The notes: generated by a model from the letters alone, not told the origin. DNA of 64,000 bases from the human T2T-CHM13v2.0 reference genome, Homo sapiens (GCF_009914755.1 NC_060926.1), one strand, 5' to 3'. Numbered from the stretch's first letter, positions 13,671-28,607 are shown. Translations and numbers: made by a program.

Positions 13671-14159
13671 CTTCATATGATTTTGATTTTTCTTTGAATT
13701 TTTGAGACTTGTTTTGTGCCCTAACATATGGTATATCCTTGATAGTGTTCCATATGCGGATGAGAAGAATATGAATTCTACAGTTGCTGGATGAAATGTA
13801 CTATAAATTTCTATTAGGTTTATTTGGTCTATAATACAGATTAAATCCAAAGTTTCTTTATAGATGTTTTTTTGTGTGGATAATCTGTCTAATATTGAAA
13901 ATGGGATTTTGAAGCCCCCAGGTACTACTGTATTTGGATCTCCCTCTCTCTTTAGTTCTAAAAATATTTGCTTTCTATATCTGGATGCTCCAGTGTTGGA
14001 TACATACATAGTCACAACTGTTATAACCTCTTGCTGAATTGACTCCTTTATCATTATATGATGACCTTCTTTGTCACTTTTTACAGTTTTTGTCTTGAAA
14101 TATATTTTGTCTGATACGCGAATAGTTACTCCTGCTCTTATTTTGGTTTCCATTTGCAT
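13671..14159 (-). pseudogene. L1 ORF2p endonuclease-domain remnant
   Basis: ORF 13608..14159(-): RAGVTIRVSDKIYFKTKTVKSDKEGHHIMIKESIQQEVIT matches the L1 APE-like endonuclease. It is interrupted by the MSTA insertion. Confidence 0.85.
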
Positions 14160-14822
14160 GGAATATCTTTTTCCATCCCTTTATTTTCAGTCTATGTGTG
14201 TCTTTATAGGTGAAGTGAGTTTTCTTTTTGTAGGTAGCGTATAGTTGGCTCTTGTTTTTTAATCTATTCAGCCACTCTATGTGTTTTGATTGGAAAATTT
14301 AGTCCATTCACATTCAATCTTATTGATCAGTAAGGACTTACTCCTGACATTCTGTTGTTATCTGGCTGTATTGTTGGTCTTTCTTTCATTCTTTCTTTCT
14401 TTCGTTCTTCTTTTCTGTCTTTATATATCAGTGTTTTTTTTTTTTCTGGAAGTATGTTTTAATGTCTTACTTTTTATTTTTTATGTATCTGTTATAAATT
14501 TTTGTTTTGTAGTTACTATAAGGCTTTCAAATAACATATTATAACCAATTATTTTATTCTGACAATTTAACTCTGATCAGAAAATTAAAACAAAAACAAA
14601 GCTAAAACTACAAAACTCTATACTTTAAATCCATCCTCCGTGCTTTGTGACTTTTTGTTGTCTCTGTCTTTTTATACTATTTGTTTCTTAAAAAGTTGTT
14701 GTAGTTATTATTTTTGATAGACTTGTCTTTTAATTCTCCTACTCAAGATTTGAGTGGTTTACACACTGTAATTCAAGTGTCAGAGTATTCTGTGTTTGTG
14801 TGTACTTAATACCAGTCAGTTT

Positions 14823-15162
<340 letters not shown>

Positions 15163-15489
15163 TGATTTCTTTTCGTTAATGTCATTTTCTTTTAGATTGA
15201 AAAGCTTCTTTAGCACTTCTTGTAAGACAGATCTAGTGTTAACAAAGTCTTTCAGCTTTTGTTTTGTCTTTAAAAGCATTTATCCTTCATGTTTGAAGAT
15301 TAATTTTCCTTGTTACGATGTTCTCAATTGAACTTTTTGTTTGTTTGTTTGTTTGTTTGTTTGTTTTAATTTATTTTCTTCAGAACCTTGAATATCTCAT
15401 CCAACTCTTTCCTGGCCTGTAAGGTTTCCATTGAGAAGTTTGCTACTAGATATATTGAAGCTTTTTTCTATGTTATTAACATAGAATCC

Positions 15490-15593
15490 TGGAGCCAGCC
15501 AGGATTCAGGATCTTTTTGCTGGGGTGGAATGTTCCCCTCTGAATCTAGGGGTAGTCTAAATGCTTCCTCTGTAGGCACCAGCAGAATTCTTC
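15490..15593 (+). repeat. 104-bp direct duplicate of 17119-17222
   Basis: Direct comparison gives 101/104 identical bases. Confidence 0.95.
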
Positions 15594-17560
15594 TCTTCCT
15601 GCTTTTAGGATCCTTTCTGTATCCTCAACCTTTGAGAGTTTAATATATTCCTTGAGGTAGTCTTATTTGGGTGGAGTCTGGTTGGGGTTCTATGACTTCT
15701 TGTACCTAGCTAGTCATATCTTTCTTAGTATTACTTATTTTAATACATTTTCTATGTCAATCTCTCTCTGTCTACATCCTCTTTAAGGTCAATAACTGTT
15801 ATATTTGCTATTTTGAGGCTATTTTTTAGATCCCATAGGTATGCTTTATTCTGTTTTTTCTTTTTTTGTTCTCTGTGTATTTTCATGTAACTTCTCTTCA
15901 AGCTCATTAGTATTCCTTCTGCTTGATCAATTCTACTGTTGACTGATGCACTTTTCAGTTTGTCAATTGTATTTTTCAGCTCCAGAATTTCTGCTTAATT
16001 TTTAAAATGATTTTAATCTCTTGTTAAATTTCTCTGATAGAATTCTGAGTTTCTTCTCTGTGTTATTTTAAAGTTTGTTGAACTTCTTCAAGACAGCTAC
16101 TTTGAATTATCTGTCTAAAAGATCACATTTCTCCATAACTTCAGGATTATTGATGGGTGCCTTACTTAGTTTATTTGGTGAGTTCATGCTTTCCTGGATG
16201 TTCTTGATGCTTGTGAATGTTGATTGATGTCTGAGCTTTGCAAGTTAGGTGTTTGTTTCTATCTTCACAGTCTGGACTTGTTTGTATCTGTCCTTCTTTA
16301 GAAGGCTTTCTACATATTCCAAGGGGATTGAGTTTTGTGACCTAAGCCTATGATCACTGCAACCATATTACACTATGGGTACCCTAAACCCAGGAATGGT
16401 GTAACTCTTCCTGAATCCTAGAGATATCACCTTGATGGGCTTGGGTAACAGAATCCCCTGGATAACCAGGCAGTCTCTCACTCTCTTCCCTCTCTTTCTC
16501 CCAATTAGAAGGAGTTTCCCACCATGCTGGGCTGACTGACATTGGGGGAGGATTGACACAAGAACTCTTATGGCTACCACAGCTGGCACTCCACTGAAGC
16601 CAGCAAAATACTGGGTCTCATCCAAGGCCTGTGGTGACTAGTGCCTGGCTACTGCTGATCTTCATTCAAAGCCCAAGTGCTCTTTTTAGTCAGCAGGTTG
16701 TGAATTCTGTCGGGACTGTGTTCTTCCCTTCAGAGCAGTGGATTCCTTTTGGTCCCATTGTTGTCTTAGAAATGCCATGCAGGAGCTCAGGCCTGGAACT
16801 GGAGGTTTCAGGAAACTTCTTGGCAATTTATTGTGGCTGAGCTGGTACCCAAGTTGCAAGACAAAGTCCTCCGTACTCTTCCCTCTCCTTTCAGCACATG
16901 AAAGGACTCTCCCTCCAAGCTACACAGCCTGCAGTTGTGAGAGAGTAATGTGAGTACTGTCTTGACTACCACAGCTTGGTCATGGGTAATGCCCACCCCA
17001 AGCCCACTGCTTCTAACAATGCAGCTCCAGAGAAGGTTTACTCAAAGACTGCAGTCCTTGTGGCATTACTACCACTCAAATTTATTTTGGGCCCCAGGCC
17101 TCTTTAGTTAGATGCTAGTGGAGCCAGCCAGGATTCAGGATCTTTCTGCTGGGGTGGAATATTCCCCTCTGAATCTAGGGGTAGTCTAGATGCTTCCTCT
17201 GTAGGCACCAGCAGAATTCTTCCCTGTGATGTGTTCCTCTGTGATAAGGAAGCACGGAGTTCCAATGCAAAGTTCCACATTTACTTTATTCTCCCTCCCC
17301 CAAAAACGCAGATTTTCTTTTCACATGGTACTGATGGAAGATAGGGAAGGGTGGTATAGGAAATACAACACTGTCTTTCCTACTCTTTTCAATGCCTCTT
17401 TCCTTGATATTATGCTAAAACCAGGTACTACGATTGCCCATCTAATTTTTTATTCTTATGAAAGTGCTTTGTTGACTGAATAGTTCTTCATTTTTGTGTT
17501 TCTTTGGGAGGTGATCTCTGGGGAGTTCTATTCAGCCGCTTTTCTCTGCCTCCACTCTCA

Positions 17561-20500
17561 ATTTTAAATTTGTATTTAAAATTTGTTTTGCTTAATTTTA
17601 ATACATCGACTTTATTAATTTTTTGATAGTGCTTATTGCATTAAATAAATCTTTGTCTACTAAAAAGGCATGAAGCTATGTTGTTTTTTTCTAAAGCTTC
17701 TTCATTGCAGTTAATCATTTTCGGTTAATTTTAGCATTGGTGTTAAGTCAGTGTCAATGTCTCTTTTTTTTTTCTTTTTTTAATATGAATATTTGGTTTG
17801 CCAGTACCATTTGTTGAATAACTTTTCCTTTCTGATTGAATTGCCTTGGTGCCTTTGTTGGAAATCAACTGACCATATGTATATGGGTATATTTCTTAAT
17901 AAATAATTCTACCTTTAATCTATGTCTATTTTTACGCCAATGTTAGCTTTGTGTAGCTGGTGAATCTAGAAATTAAGTTATATGAGTTATTGAATTTTGT
18001 TTTAAAACACATGCATAAATTTGAGTATTTACAATCTTTTGTATTTTCATATGTTTCTGTCCATATTTGTGGGAAAAGCTTTCTGAAATTTTGACTGAAA
18101 TTTTGTTGAAACTATATGTTAAGTTGGAGAGAATGGTAACGTTGACAATAGTGAGCTTTTCAATCCATGCAATCTATGAAATCAATATAGCTCTTCATTT
18201 TTAAAAGATATTCCTTGAATTTTTCTTCACAGTGTTTTTTCAGATTTTAATGTATATTTTGGTGTTTGTCATGTGGAGCTTGTGCACATAGCTCGTTTTT
18301 CCTGGATATTAGAATTTTATGTTTTGTAGGTATATAATTAGTATATTTATTTCAATTCTTTATTTATTTTGATGCTGGAATTTAGAAATATACTTGAGGT
18401 AGTAACTTTGCTGAATTTACTTATTAGTCCTGATCATTTCCTTATGGATTATTTTTGATTTCTTTATGTAAAATCTTGTAATTTACGATGGAAAGTTTAA
18501 TTTCTTTACTTCTAAACTTCATAACTTTTTATTTCTTTCCCTCCCTTATTCACTCTTTAGGACCTCTGTTACAATGTTGAATTAAACATTAAAAAAATTG
18601 CTTCCACATTCAAAAGGAAAATATGTTTTGGCATTCTATGTAGAGTTTTGAAAAATTTAAACCAGTTTTGCATTAGAATGTCTTTTGACTTGGATTTGCC
18701 TAATGTTTACTTATGATTGAATTCAAAGTATGTATTATGTGACTTGTATATTTGTTTCTTGAAGAAAGAGAAAAATTGAAGAGAAAAATTATTAAAGAGA
18801 AAAATTTGAACTCCAATACATATTTTTTATAGTGCATGTTTAATGTTAATGGAATAAGTACTAATATTAGGTCAGAAAGATTTGTTCACATATTTATTCT
18901 AGGAATTCTATAATTTTAAATTGAAATTTGGATCTCTAATTTATGTAAAACAGAATTTTCTTGCTATCTTTAGCATAAATCAACTGATCATATATATAAG
19001 TCTATTTCTCAATTTTCCTTCTGTTCTACTGTTCTAAATGTGTGTTATTTAGCCAACATCACAGCCAATATCAAACTGTGTCAAATACTGTAGATTAAAT
19101 CTTGAAATTAGGTAGAAAGTTTCTCCAACTTTGTTTTTCATTTTAATAATTGCTTAGGCTATTCTAGTTTCTTCAAATTTCTATTGAATTTAAAAATCAA
19201 CCTATCAATTTCTATCTTCAAATTTTGATTTAATTTTTAATGTAGCCTATTAATTTCTACCAATTTGGAGGAAATTGATATTTTAACAATAATTTTAAAT
19301 ACATATTTATTAAAATATTATTTCATTTTTCTCAGCAATGTTCTATAATTTTGAAAAAACTTTTATATGTTTGGATTAATATACCCATAAGCATTTTATA
19401 CATTTTGATTCATTGTAAATATAATTTATTTTACATTCCATTTTATAGTAGTTTAATATTAGCCTACAAAATATACATGTTTACAATACTGACACTTTGA
19501 CCTACAACCTTGTTAAAGTCATTTATGTGTTCTACTAGTTGTCTTATAAATATCTGATAATTTTCTATGTAAATTATCGTGTTCTTTAAAGAGATGAGAT
19601 TTTACTAACTCTTTCTCATCTACATGTCTTTTACATTTTTTCTTGCCTTATCGTAGTGGTCAACATATTGAGTTTAAAATTGAGTAAAAATGTTGAGAAT
19701 AGGCATTTTTGCCTTGCTTCTGCTCTTTCAGGGAAACATTCAGCATTTTACCATTAAGTATGATAAAATCTAAAAGTTCTCATAGCTTCTTTTTATCGTA
19801 TTGAAGTTTTGTTTTTTTGAATTTCTATGTTTTTTATTAATATTATAAATGAGTATTAAATATTTCAAGGCATAACATGAAAATTTTCTCAGTACTAAGA
19901 AAAATTAAAACTTAAAATTTTTCATTTCATTCTGTTAAATATTTACTCATATATATTAGAGTTCATAATTTAGATGCGAATATATTTATGATTGTTATGT
20001 CTTCTTATTGGATTGGTCCATTAATATTAGAAAATATCTCTCTTGATTCTTTGCTAATATTCTTAAAATCCATTTTATTTGATAGTAATAAAACCATTCT
20101 TTTCTCAAGGTTGCTATTCCTCTGATTATATATAGAGACACATTTTCATCATTGTATTTGCCTAACATTAGAAGGATATTTGATAGCATATAACTGAGAA
20201 TTGCTTGTCCAAATGAATTCTAACAACCACTCAACATCTGACTTTTAATTGTAGTGTTTTGTCCATTAACATTTAATGCAATTTTTGATATAATTAGCTT
20301 TAGATATACTTTATTATTTGTTTTCTATGTGGCATCCCTCCCTTCTTTCTACTGTTTTTCTCCTTTCTTAGTTATTTTTAATTACTTATCTTTTTTTAAA
20401 TTTCATTTTATTTTACCTATTGGCTTTTAACCATACTTCTTTTTAATATACTTCAGCATTTTCTCCAATCATTTCAATAATCATTTTATAATTATTCTGG
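17561..20500 (-). mobile_element. Old L1M (L1ME/MC-like) ORF2 fragments
   Basis: Highly diverged T-rich antisense L1 ORF2, e.g. gaaatcaactgaccatatgtatatggg; ORF 19995-20189(-) shows weak endonuclease-like remnants. Confidence 0.7.
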
Positions 20501-20972
20501 GCCATCTAATCTCTTTAATTGGAAATGTCATTTATGGAGGTGATATTCTTACTTACTACTGATAATAATTTTATGTTATGCCAAAAATTGAAAAATTTTC
20601 GAAGGCCTGTTATGAATTCATATTTTGAATTTATTATATTTTGTCTTAAATTACTTGCTTTACGTAAGTATAATACATAGTTAAATCCAATTATTATAAT
20701 AATTATTTAGATCAGCAAATCTTGCTAAAACTTTTGCTGTTATTATTCCAATACATTTAAGAAAAATATAATAATTCCTAATAATATTCCATATGAAAGA
20801 ACAAACAAAACATCAAATATATTAAATGTGTGTGCATGATATAAACTTTTCCTGCTGTTTTGGACTTAGATTAAGGTCCAGAAGTCACTTTCGGAGAAAA
20901 AGTCCCTGCCACTTTTGTATTCGGAATTGTTTTTGACTATCACCTGGGTCTTTTAAGAGTTTAGCCAATTGG

Positions 20973-21270
20973 GGCCTGGTGTGATGGCCCACACCTGTAA
21001 TCCCAGCATTTTGGGAGGTCGAGGCCGGTGGATCACCTGAGGTCAGGAGTTTGAGAGAAACCTGTTAAACATGGTAAAACCCCGTTTCCACTAAAAATAC
21101 AAAAATTAGCCAGGTATGGTGGCAGGTGCCTATAGTCCCAGCTACTCGGGAAGTTGAGGCAAGAGAATTGCTTCAACCTGAGAGGTGGAGGTTGCTGTTA
21201 GCCAAGATGACACCACTGTGCTCCAGCCTGGGTGACAGTGTGAGACTGTCTAAAAAAAAAAAAAGAAAAG
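20973..21270 (+). mobile_element. AluS (Sx-like)
   Basis: Dimeric Alu; TSD aagagtttagccaat/aagcgtttagccaat. Confidence 0.95.
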
Positions 21271-21389
21271 AAAGCGTTTAGCCAATCATTTGTTAATTAT
21301 GCATTGGGGATTTGGCTAGTGGCGTCAGGTACCTAAACTTACACAGTTGTCATTTTGTTGCGATCACTATCTCCTTGACGTAAATATTT

Positions 21390-21720
21390 CTTTGCTTTGC
21401 TTTATCTTATTTTGTTTTATTTTATTTTATTTTGAGGCAGAGTCTCACTCTATCACTGTCACCCAGGCTGGAGTGAAGTGGCATGATCTCAGCTCACTGC
21501 AACCTCCACCTCCTGGGTTTAAGTGATTCTCCTGCCTCAGCCTCCTGAGTAGCTGGGATTACAGATGCTGTCACCAAGGCCAGCTAATTTTTGTATTTTT
21601 AGTAGAGATGGATTTTTGCCATGTTGCCCAGGCTGGTCTTGAGCTCCTGACCTCAGGTGATCTGCCCGCCTCAGCCTCCCAAAGTGCTGGAATTACAGGC
21701 ATGAGCCACCGCGCCCTGCC
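21390..21720 (-). mobile_element. AluS (Sx/Sz-like)
   Basis: Complete antisense Alu with (TTTTA)n tail. Confidence 0.95.
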
Positions 21721-22172
21721 AAAGTACTTCATTTTTGGGGTAAATAATTAGATTGGTATGTATGTGAGACACAGATGATCATATGGCTCTGGTTTCTAAC
21801 TCCTGCTTCTGCTCTACTCAGTGAATGGATTATATTACTACATTCATATATGGGTTACTCTTTCACATACTATTAATATATTGACTCAGATATAAATTTT
21901 AGCCCCATTTTGAAAATCTAAAAAATCATCTTCACACAAAACCTCTACAGGAGTTGTAGGCACACCTGAATGTTAGAAGGATAAAGTAGGAGAGGGGTTT
22001 GCATAAAAACAATGCAAAACATCTCTAAATGCAAAAACAAACAAACAAAAAACAAACAAAAACTCTAAATGCAACAAAAATCCATATTTTAATGGTTCTA
22101 TGACCATTCCTTAGCAGTATTTTAAGTCTCCCTCCATATCCTGCCCATCTTCCTTTTTTCTATCTCCTTTTC

Positions 22173-22625
22173 TGTGGGTTGAATTGTGTTCCCCCCAAAT
22201 TATGTTGTACCTCTGATCTGCAGTATTTGTGAATGTAACCTTATTTAGAACAGAGTCTTTGCAGTTATAAGGTCAATTTAAGATGAGATCATAATGGATT
22301 AGAGTGGACCCTAATCCAATGACTGTTGTCCTTATAAGGAGAGAGAGATTGGAGACAGCCAGACACACTGGGAAGAAGTCCATGTAACATTGTAGGCAGA
22401 AATTGGAGTGATGTGGCTACAAGCCAAGAACACCGAGGATTGCTGGTGACCGGCAGAAGCTGGAAGAGGGAAGGATGCATTCTTCCCTAGAGCCTTTAGA
22501 GGGAGCATGCCGTACTCACACCATGATTTTAGACTTGTAGATTTTCTTGTAGAAGATCATAAATTGCTGTTTTAAGTCACCCAGTATGTGGTAATTTGTT
22601 ATGGCAACCTTAGGAAATGAACACA
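22173..22625 (+). mobile_element. MLT1C-like MaLR solo LTR
   Basis: tgtgggttgaattgtgttcccccc start and gtaatttgttatggcaaccttaggaaatgaacaca end. Confidence 0.85.
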
Positions 22626-23199
22626 CCTCCCCTCTCTCCTCCTCCCTTTGATTACTTGATGTTTCCCACATTTTTCCTACTCTATTATGGGGGTCACTTT
22701 TAATTTTTTTTTTCCAGGTCCTAGGCTAAGTCCTGGTTTATGCCTGACCTTAAATGGCTGCATCTGTTCAAGTCCTAGAGAGAGCAAAATGATCTTTCAT
22801 TTAATGTAATTGGCTCTTCTCTGAAGGTGACTATTGCTATAAATAGTACCTCTCACTTTCTATCCCATCCTACTTTCTAACTACACTTTGAAAAATATAA
22901 ACCCTCAACAACTGGAAATTTTTTGATCAAAAACAGGTGGCTTGAATTTTATTGTGTATTTGAGCCAGATGTGAAGGCTGGCACATTTCTGAGCACATAG
23001 ACAGTAAATATTCATAGAAATAATACATTAAAATTCCAGAAATCAATATAATTGCAAAGATCATAAGGGTGTAAATATGGACTTGCTCACTATCACTCCC
23101 CAAAACTTAAACACAGGAGGCAGCATCTGAAACATGAAGAGTTTGTTTTAAATACAATAAAAGACATAACTGTTTTATAATTTAAGTAAGTGTAAAAGA

Positions 23200-23886
23200 C
23201 CAAGGATGGTAATAAGTTGTTTGCTACTCTCCCCATTAAGAGACGAGATCTAATTCACTTGCATTCCTTTGAATCTGGACTGGTGTTAGTGACTTTACTG
23301 ATCCACAGATGGAGAAAGTAACATACTTGGGCCTTCAGGAACTAGGTCATAAACATCCCCGTGACTTCAGCCTGCATCTCTTAATATGAAACTTCAGCTT
23401 CCATAGAAGGAGGTTGACTACCCTGAGGCCACCGTGCTGTGGGAAGACCAAGACACTTGGAGAGACCCAAGAGCCAGGGCGGGCAAATCCTTACCTGGGG
23501 TCAACTCTGCCCCACTGAGGGCCGAATCTGGACATCTCCATTTATTTAGTGTTGTCTATGGCTGCCCTTTCTGCAACAGCGGAGTTGAGTAGTTGCAATA
23601 GAGACTCTTAGGCCTGCACTGCTCAAGATATTTCTTATCTAGCCCACTAGAAAAAAAAAATATGTTCACCCCTCCTAGAGAATGAGACAGATTGTGGAGA
23701 GAAGCCATGGTGGCAAAAATGTACACATGTGAGTGAATAAACTACTGGGAAGTTGATCCTCCACCCTTAGGCAGGTCAGCCTGAGTCATTGCAGAATTCA
23801 TGATCCACACAATTTTGAGCAAAATCTACTTTTAAGCTGCTAAATTTGGGGGTCATTTGTTACGGAGCAGTAGATCACCAGGACTA
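23200..23886 (+). mobile_element. MLT1H/G-like MaLR LTR, interrupted by MER58
   Basis: cctttgaatctggactggtgttagtgact ... ttttaagctgctaaatttgggggtcatttgttac. Confidence 0.7.
23475..23673 (+). mobile_element. MER58B-like hAT-Charlie MITE
   Basis: cagggcgggcaaa start; ttgtctatggctgc...gagttgagtagttgcaatagagac core; ...cacccct end. Confidence 0.75.
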
Positions 23887-24094
23887 TATGAAGCATATAT
23901 TCTTCTTAAATTGATTAAATGATATAGTAGAGCATTTCACCAGAGCAAAAAAAATTTGGACAAAGCAACGCCTAGGTATAAATCAATAATGCGTAACTAA
24001 AACAAACTTGAACGTCATGTGCTTGCTGAGATATATTTTATATTTCTTTGGTAGATATATCTAAGAACAGGTTATGAAATCCTCACACTAGCAA

Positions 24095-24320
24095 TGCTAA
24101 CATCACTTACTATGTAATAGGGACTATTTTAAATGTTTTCGACATCTTAACTAATTTAACCCTTACAGAAATACTAAGAGGTAGCACTATTAATCTCTCA
24201 GTTTTATTAAGGAGAAAATTGATGGGCTGAGGGTTAATATAATTGCCCACAATTAGCAAACTGTGGACCAGCTTGCAAACCTAGGAACTCCGGCTTCAGA
24301 CCCTGTGCTCTTTAATTACA
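24095..24320 (-). mobile_element. MIR
   Basis: cttactatgt...cagttttattaaggagaaaattga...ggttaatataattgccca matches the reverse MIR core. Confidence 0.7.
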
Positions 24321-24670
24321 CACGATTGTTCTATCTGGGATGTTACTTGGGTCCTTGAGCTCATTAAGTTGTCCCTCTTGAGTCTATTGAAACTACAGTG
24401 TTCTAAATACTGTGACATACACCATTTCATGGTTTATTTTCCTCTATTTTATTTATTTATTTACTTACCTGCTTATTGTCTATTATTTTTCTGAAGCAAA
24501 AGTAATGATGCTGATTCTCCTCCTATTGCTGGACTTTTTCAACTTAAAAATATTTTTCTTTATCAATGGCTCGAGAACTTTATTCAGAGTTTTAAAGAAG
24601 CAATTACTATGTATAGCAAACAAGTTTATAAAACACTTTTTTAAATAAGCAAACTCACTGAATTATTATA

Positions 24671-24671
<1 letters not shown>

Positions 24672-24717
<46 letters not shown>
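24672..24717. repeat. (TA)n microsatellite
   Basis: Nearly perfect TA run with one interruption. Confidence 0.97.
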
Positions 24718-26560
24718 AAAATTAAGGATAATCTGAATTTTCCTAGGTCTAATAAGGTGAGACAGAATGCTTGCACAAGTCAGGCAAAGCAAATTCATGA
24801 CTCATACAAAGCAAGGAGAGACCGAAGCCTAGGATCACTGGAAGGCAGGTCTTCCAAGTCTCAGGGCAGTTGCCCATGAAGGCAGAGTCATGTCTGCACG
24901 TGCCCCACATGGCGGCTGAGAGATTCTTCCCTGGGTTTCATACATTGAGTGACACTTGGGTCACAGAGCACAAGCAGTGCAGAACATCCTGCCTGTGAAC
25001 GATGAGGATGCAGGTAGGTTGTTCTGCATATTTCTTCTTTATCTCAGGACCATGCATTCTTGGCACCTTCTGCCAGGGAACTGCAAACTGGAGGGGGAAG
25101 AGCGGGGTCGGCCTAGGCCATCTGGAGGCCTGTCCTCTTGCATCTTCCAGGTGTATAGATGACATAGTTGAATCTCTAGAGTTAACTATGTTGACTAAAT
25201 GGGACAGTCTCAACCTCAATATAGGCCCTTTCATAGCAAGTCCAGTGCTTCTCTGGCTACCAAGAGGTTTCCAGTTTTGAAATTTACAGTGGTTTTCAGT
25301 GGTTTAATATTATTCACATTTACTAAATATTCTTGACTTTGCAAAAATTACAGATATTTTTCTAGTAAATAAGATTTTCTTTTCCATTTGTATTTCAGAG
25401 ACACCTTCCTTTGGTTTAGATGTATAAACCTCCATGTCTCATTTAATACACAACTTAGACCTATGAATGGTGAATATTTCAGTGTAATGTGGGCAGAAAG
25501 GAGAAAGGGATGGAGAATTTTTATGATATAATTACATTTGTGATACACACAGATTTTAGCAATTATCCTATGAATGTAAAAACATCAACTTCTTCCAATC
25601 TGAATTATTTATTCCCTTTGAGATCATCTTTCACATTGTAAGTGACCTGCTTCTTACACGAAAAATGCATGCAGATCCGAGCAGGAAACGCTACTCAATA
25701 ATGTGTCTCCTCACTGGGAGCACTTCATTCAATTATCACACACGTAGAGCTGGAACATACAGTGCTCCTTTAACTAGCAGATAACAGGCTTTTAGTCCCT
25801 CTTACATTATACACGTTCACTTCTGATGCAAAATCACAGAACACGATTGTTGAAGGGGACCTTAAGTGTTACTGGGTTGAAATTGTCTGTTTTCTCGATG
25901 CTGACGGAAGCTGTGAGGACTGTGCTTGCCTTTGGACCACACCCTAGCTTGTTCCCTGAGAGCCGAGGCTGCAGGTCAAGGACTCTTGCCCTTGTCACTT
26001 CCCAGCGACAGCACCGACCTTGAGAAAACCACTTTACTTCCCAACGTAGCTGTGCACCCATAAAATAAGAGGATAGATCCAGCGTGTCACTCTTTAGTAC
26101 AAGAGGTGAGGTATCGCAGTCCAGTGATGGGGGTAGGGCTACACATTCCATGCCAACCCTCTCCCCAGTTTGTTACAAAGAGAAAACACATAGCTGTCAA
26201 AAACTGTCAACATGTCAAAAACAAGTTAACTATGAAAACCAAAAGCCATCCTAAAATGTCGCATGATGAATTTGACTTTCCTTAGTCAATTTCTCCTCAT
26301 GACAATTCCCGTTTCTGTTCTAGTCCTCCACCTCTCATGTTTCAAACATCATATGTTACAAGCAGAGCTTTGTACAAATACTCAGATTAAAGGATGTGTT
26401 CTCTGGGGACCAAATATGTGAGAGAACAATCAATACAAGTATGTGAGATTATCCTTAATGGAATAACACTGGTAGGCCCCTGAAGTCCTGGATTTTGCCT
26501 GAAGTTTGAAGTTTCTTTTTGCCAGCTGTGGGACCCTGTGCAGGTGATTTAAGTGCTCTA

Positions 26561-26980
<420 letters not shown>

Positions 26981-27982
26981 TCAATATTATAATAATGTTT
27001 CTGTGTAGCTTTGTAGGTGGTTGCTTGTGAAAGCCAGGTGGGATATCACTGTGTGGCCATCCCACATGATTCTGGTCTGTGGAATTGTCATGCTTTCTGG
27101 GGACACATCCAGGAGTCACTGGCACTCTGGCCTGTCCAGACAGTGTGCTTCATTCTGGCTGCCCAGGATTTTGGGTCTTTGTTTGCTCTGCTCCTCTGGT
27201 GAAACTGCCCCATGATTGTGATTAATTGCTGCACAGAATGAAGCTGGTTTTGTGTCTGTGTGTGTGTGTGTGTTTGTGTGTGTGGTCATCCGTTAGGCCT
27301 CCTTAATAACCTTTCTTTAAATCTCCAAATCTGGCATTTCAGCCTTGACCTTTTTTGGCCTTCTGAGTCATCTGCCTTGAACAGGGTCAGTCCTTTAGTT
27401 AGAAAGCAGGTTGTGGAATTATTATGCCATGGGCGTGGGAGATAAATGTCTATTACTAAATCCTTTCAAAGCAGGGTTCACTTTAGGCTGTATTGTGATG
27501 CAAGAGGAGAATTATGTCAGTTCCCCTTAATTTTGAGGATTTTGAAATGATTCATACTCTAAATGGATTTTTTGATATTTATATAAAATATTTTTATGTT
27601 TTAATTTTGAGATTGAATTATTTTCTTTATAGTTTAATTTGGGAAGCTTACTATGTGCATAGTATCTGTTCCATTTTTCAAATCTTATTCCAGTAAAAGG
27701 GGAATCATATATTTTTTGTAGAATTTCTGTATTTGGCTGTGGCTCATATTAGAAACTTGATCATTTTTTGCTAAATTACTTAACTTCTCAGAACCTCCAC
27801 TTCCACTTTCTAAAATAACTTTCTTTCTGAACAACTTGGGTGGAAGAGAGAAAAGAAAAGATCTCTAGACCCCTGGGACCACGGACATCTGGGTAATATC
27901 AAAGAAGTTTCTCTATCACTCTGTTCCAAAATTTCTTAACTGCAAAGTTGAGAAGATGCATCTTACGCCCACCTCTATAGTT

Positions 27983-27984
<2 letters not shown>

Positions 27985-28020
<36 letters not shown>
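27985..28020. repeat. (TG)18 microsatellite
   Basis: Perfect 36-nt TG run. Confidence 0.97.
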
Positions 28021-28022
<2 letters not shown>

Positions 28023-28159
28023 CAATAGAGTCTGGTGAATGTGAAAATGCTTGGATATAGTGGAGCACTATCTATGAGCAAGCTATTTAACCAGTGTTTA
28101 AATTAGAAATGTCCTATTGCTTCTGAATATCTTTTCAATACAAAATGGTTAATCTTTTA

Positions 28160-28464
28160 TTTATTGTTTCTTTTTTTTTTTCAATTAAGAGACAAGGTCT
28201 CACTCTGTCACCCAGGTTGGAGTGAAGTGGGATGATCACTGCTCACGGCAGCCTTGACCTTCGGGGCTCAAGAGATCTTCCCATCTTAGCCTCCAGAGTA
28301 GCTGGGACCACAGACACATACCACCATATCCGGCTAGATTTTTTTTTTTTTTTTTTTTTGTAGAGACAAGGTCTCCCTATGTTGCCTGGGCTGGGCTGAA
28401 CCGATCCTCCCACCTTGGCCTCCCAAAGTGCTGAGATAACAGGCATGAGCCACTGTGCCTGGCC
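28160..28464 (-). mobile_element. AluJ
   Basis: gctcacggcagccttgacc AluJ features; TSD atggttaatctttta/atgattaatctttta. Confidence 0.9.
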
Positions 28465-28607
28465 AAAACATGATTAATCTTTTAAAGTTCACAGTTCAGC
28501 TTGATACACTTTCAGTGGATGGGTGTTTTCAGTATGCGTATTGATTCGGTGTTAAAGGCATTAAATATTTTTGGTATATTATTGTATTTAATTAGATATA
28601 TGGTGAG

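Noticed and set aside
24930-26150. Possible exons (donors caggtagg at ~25011 and aggtgagg at ~26104, acceptor at ~25047) and 65-105 aa ORFs
   Set aside because: No recognisable protein similarity or consistent exon chain; lncRNA exons cannot be excluded without transcript data.
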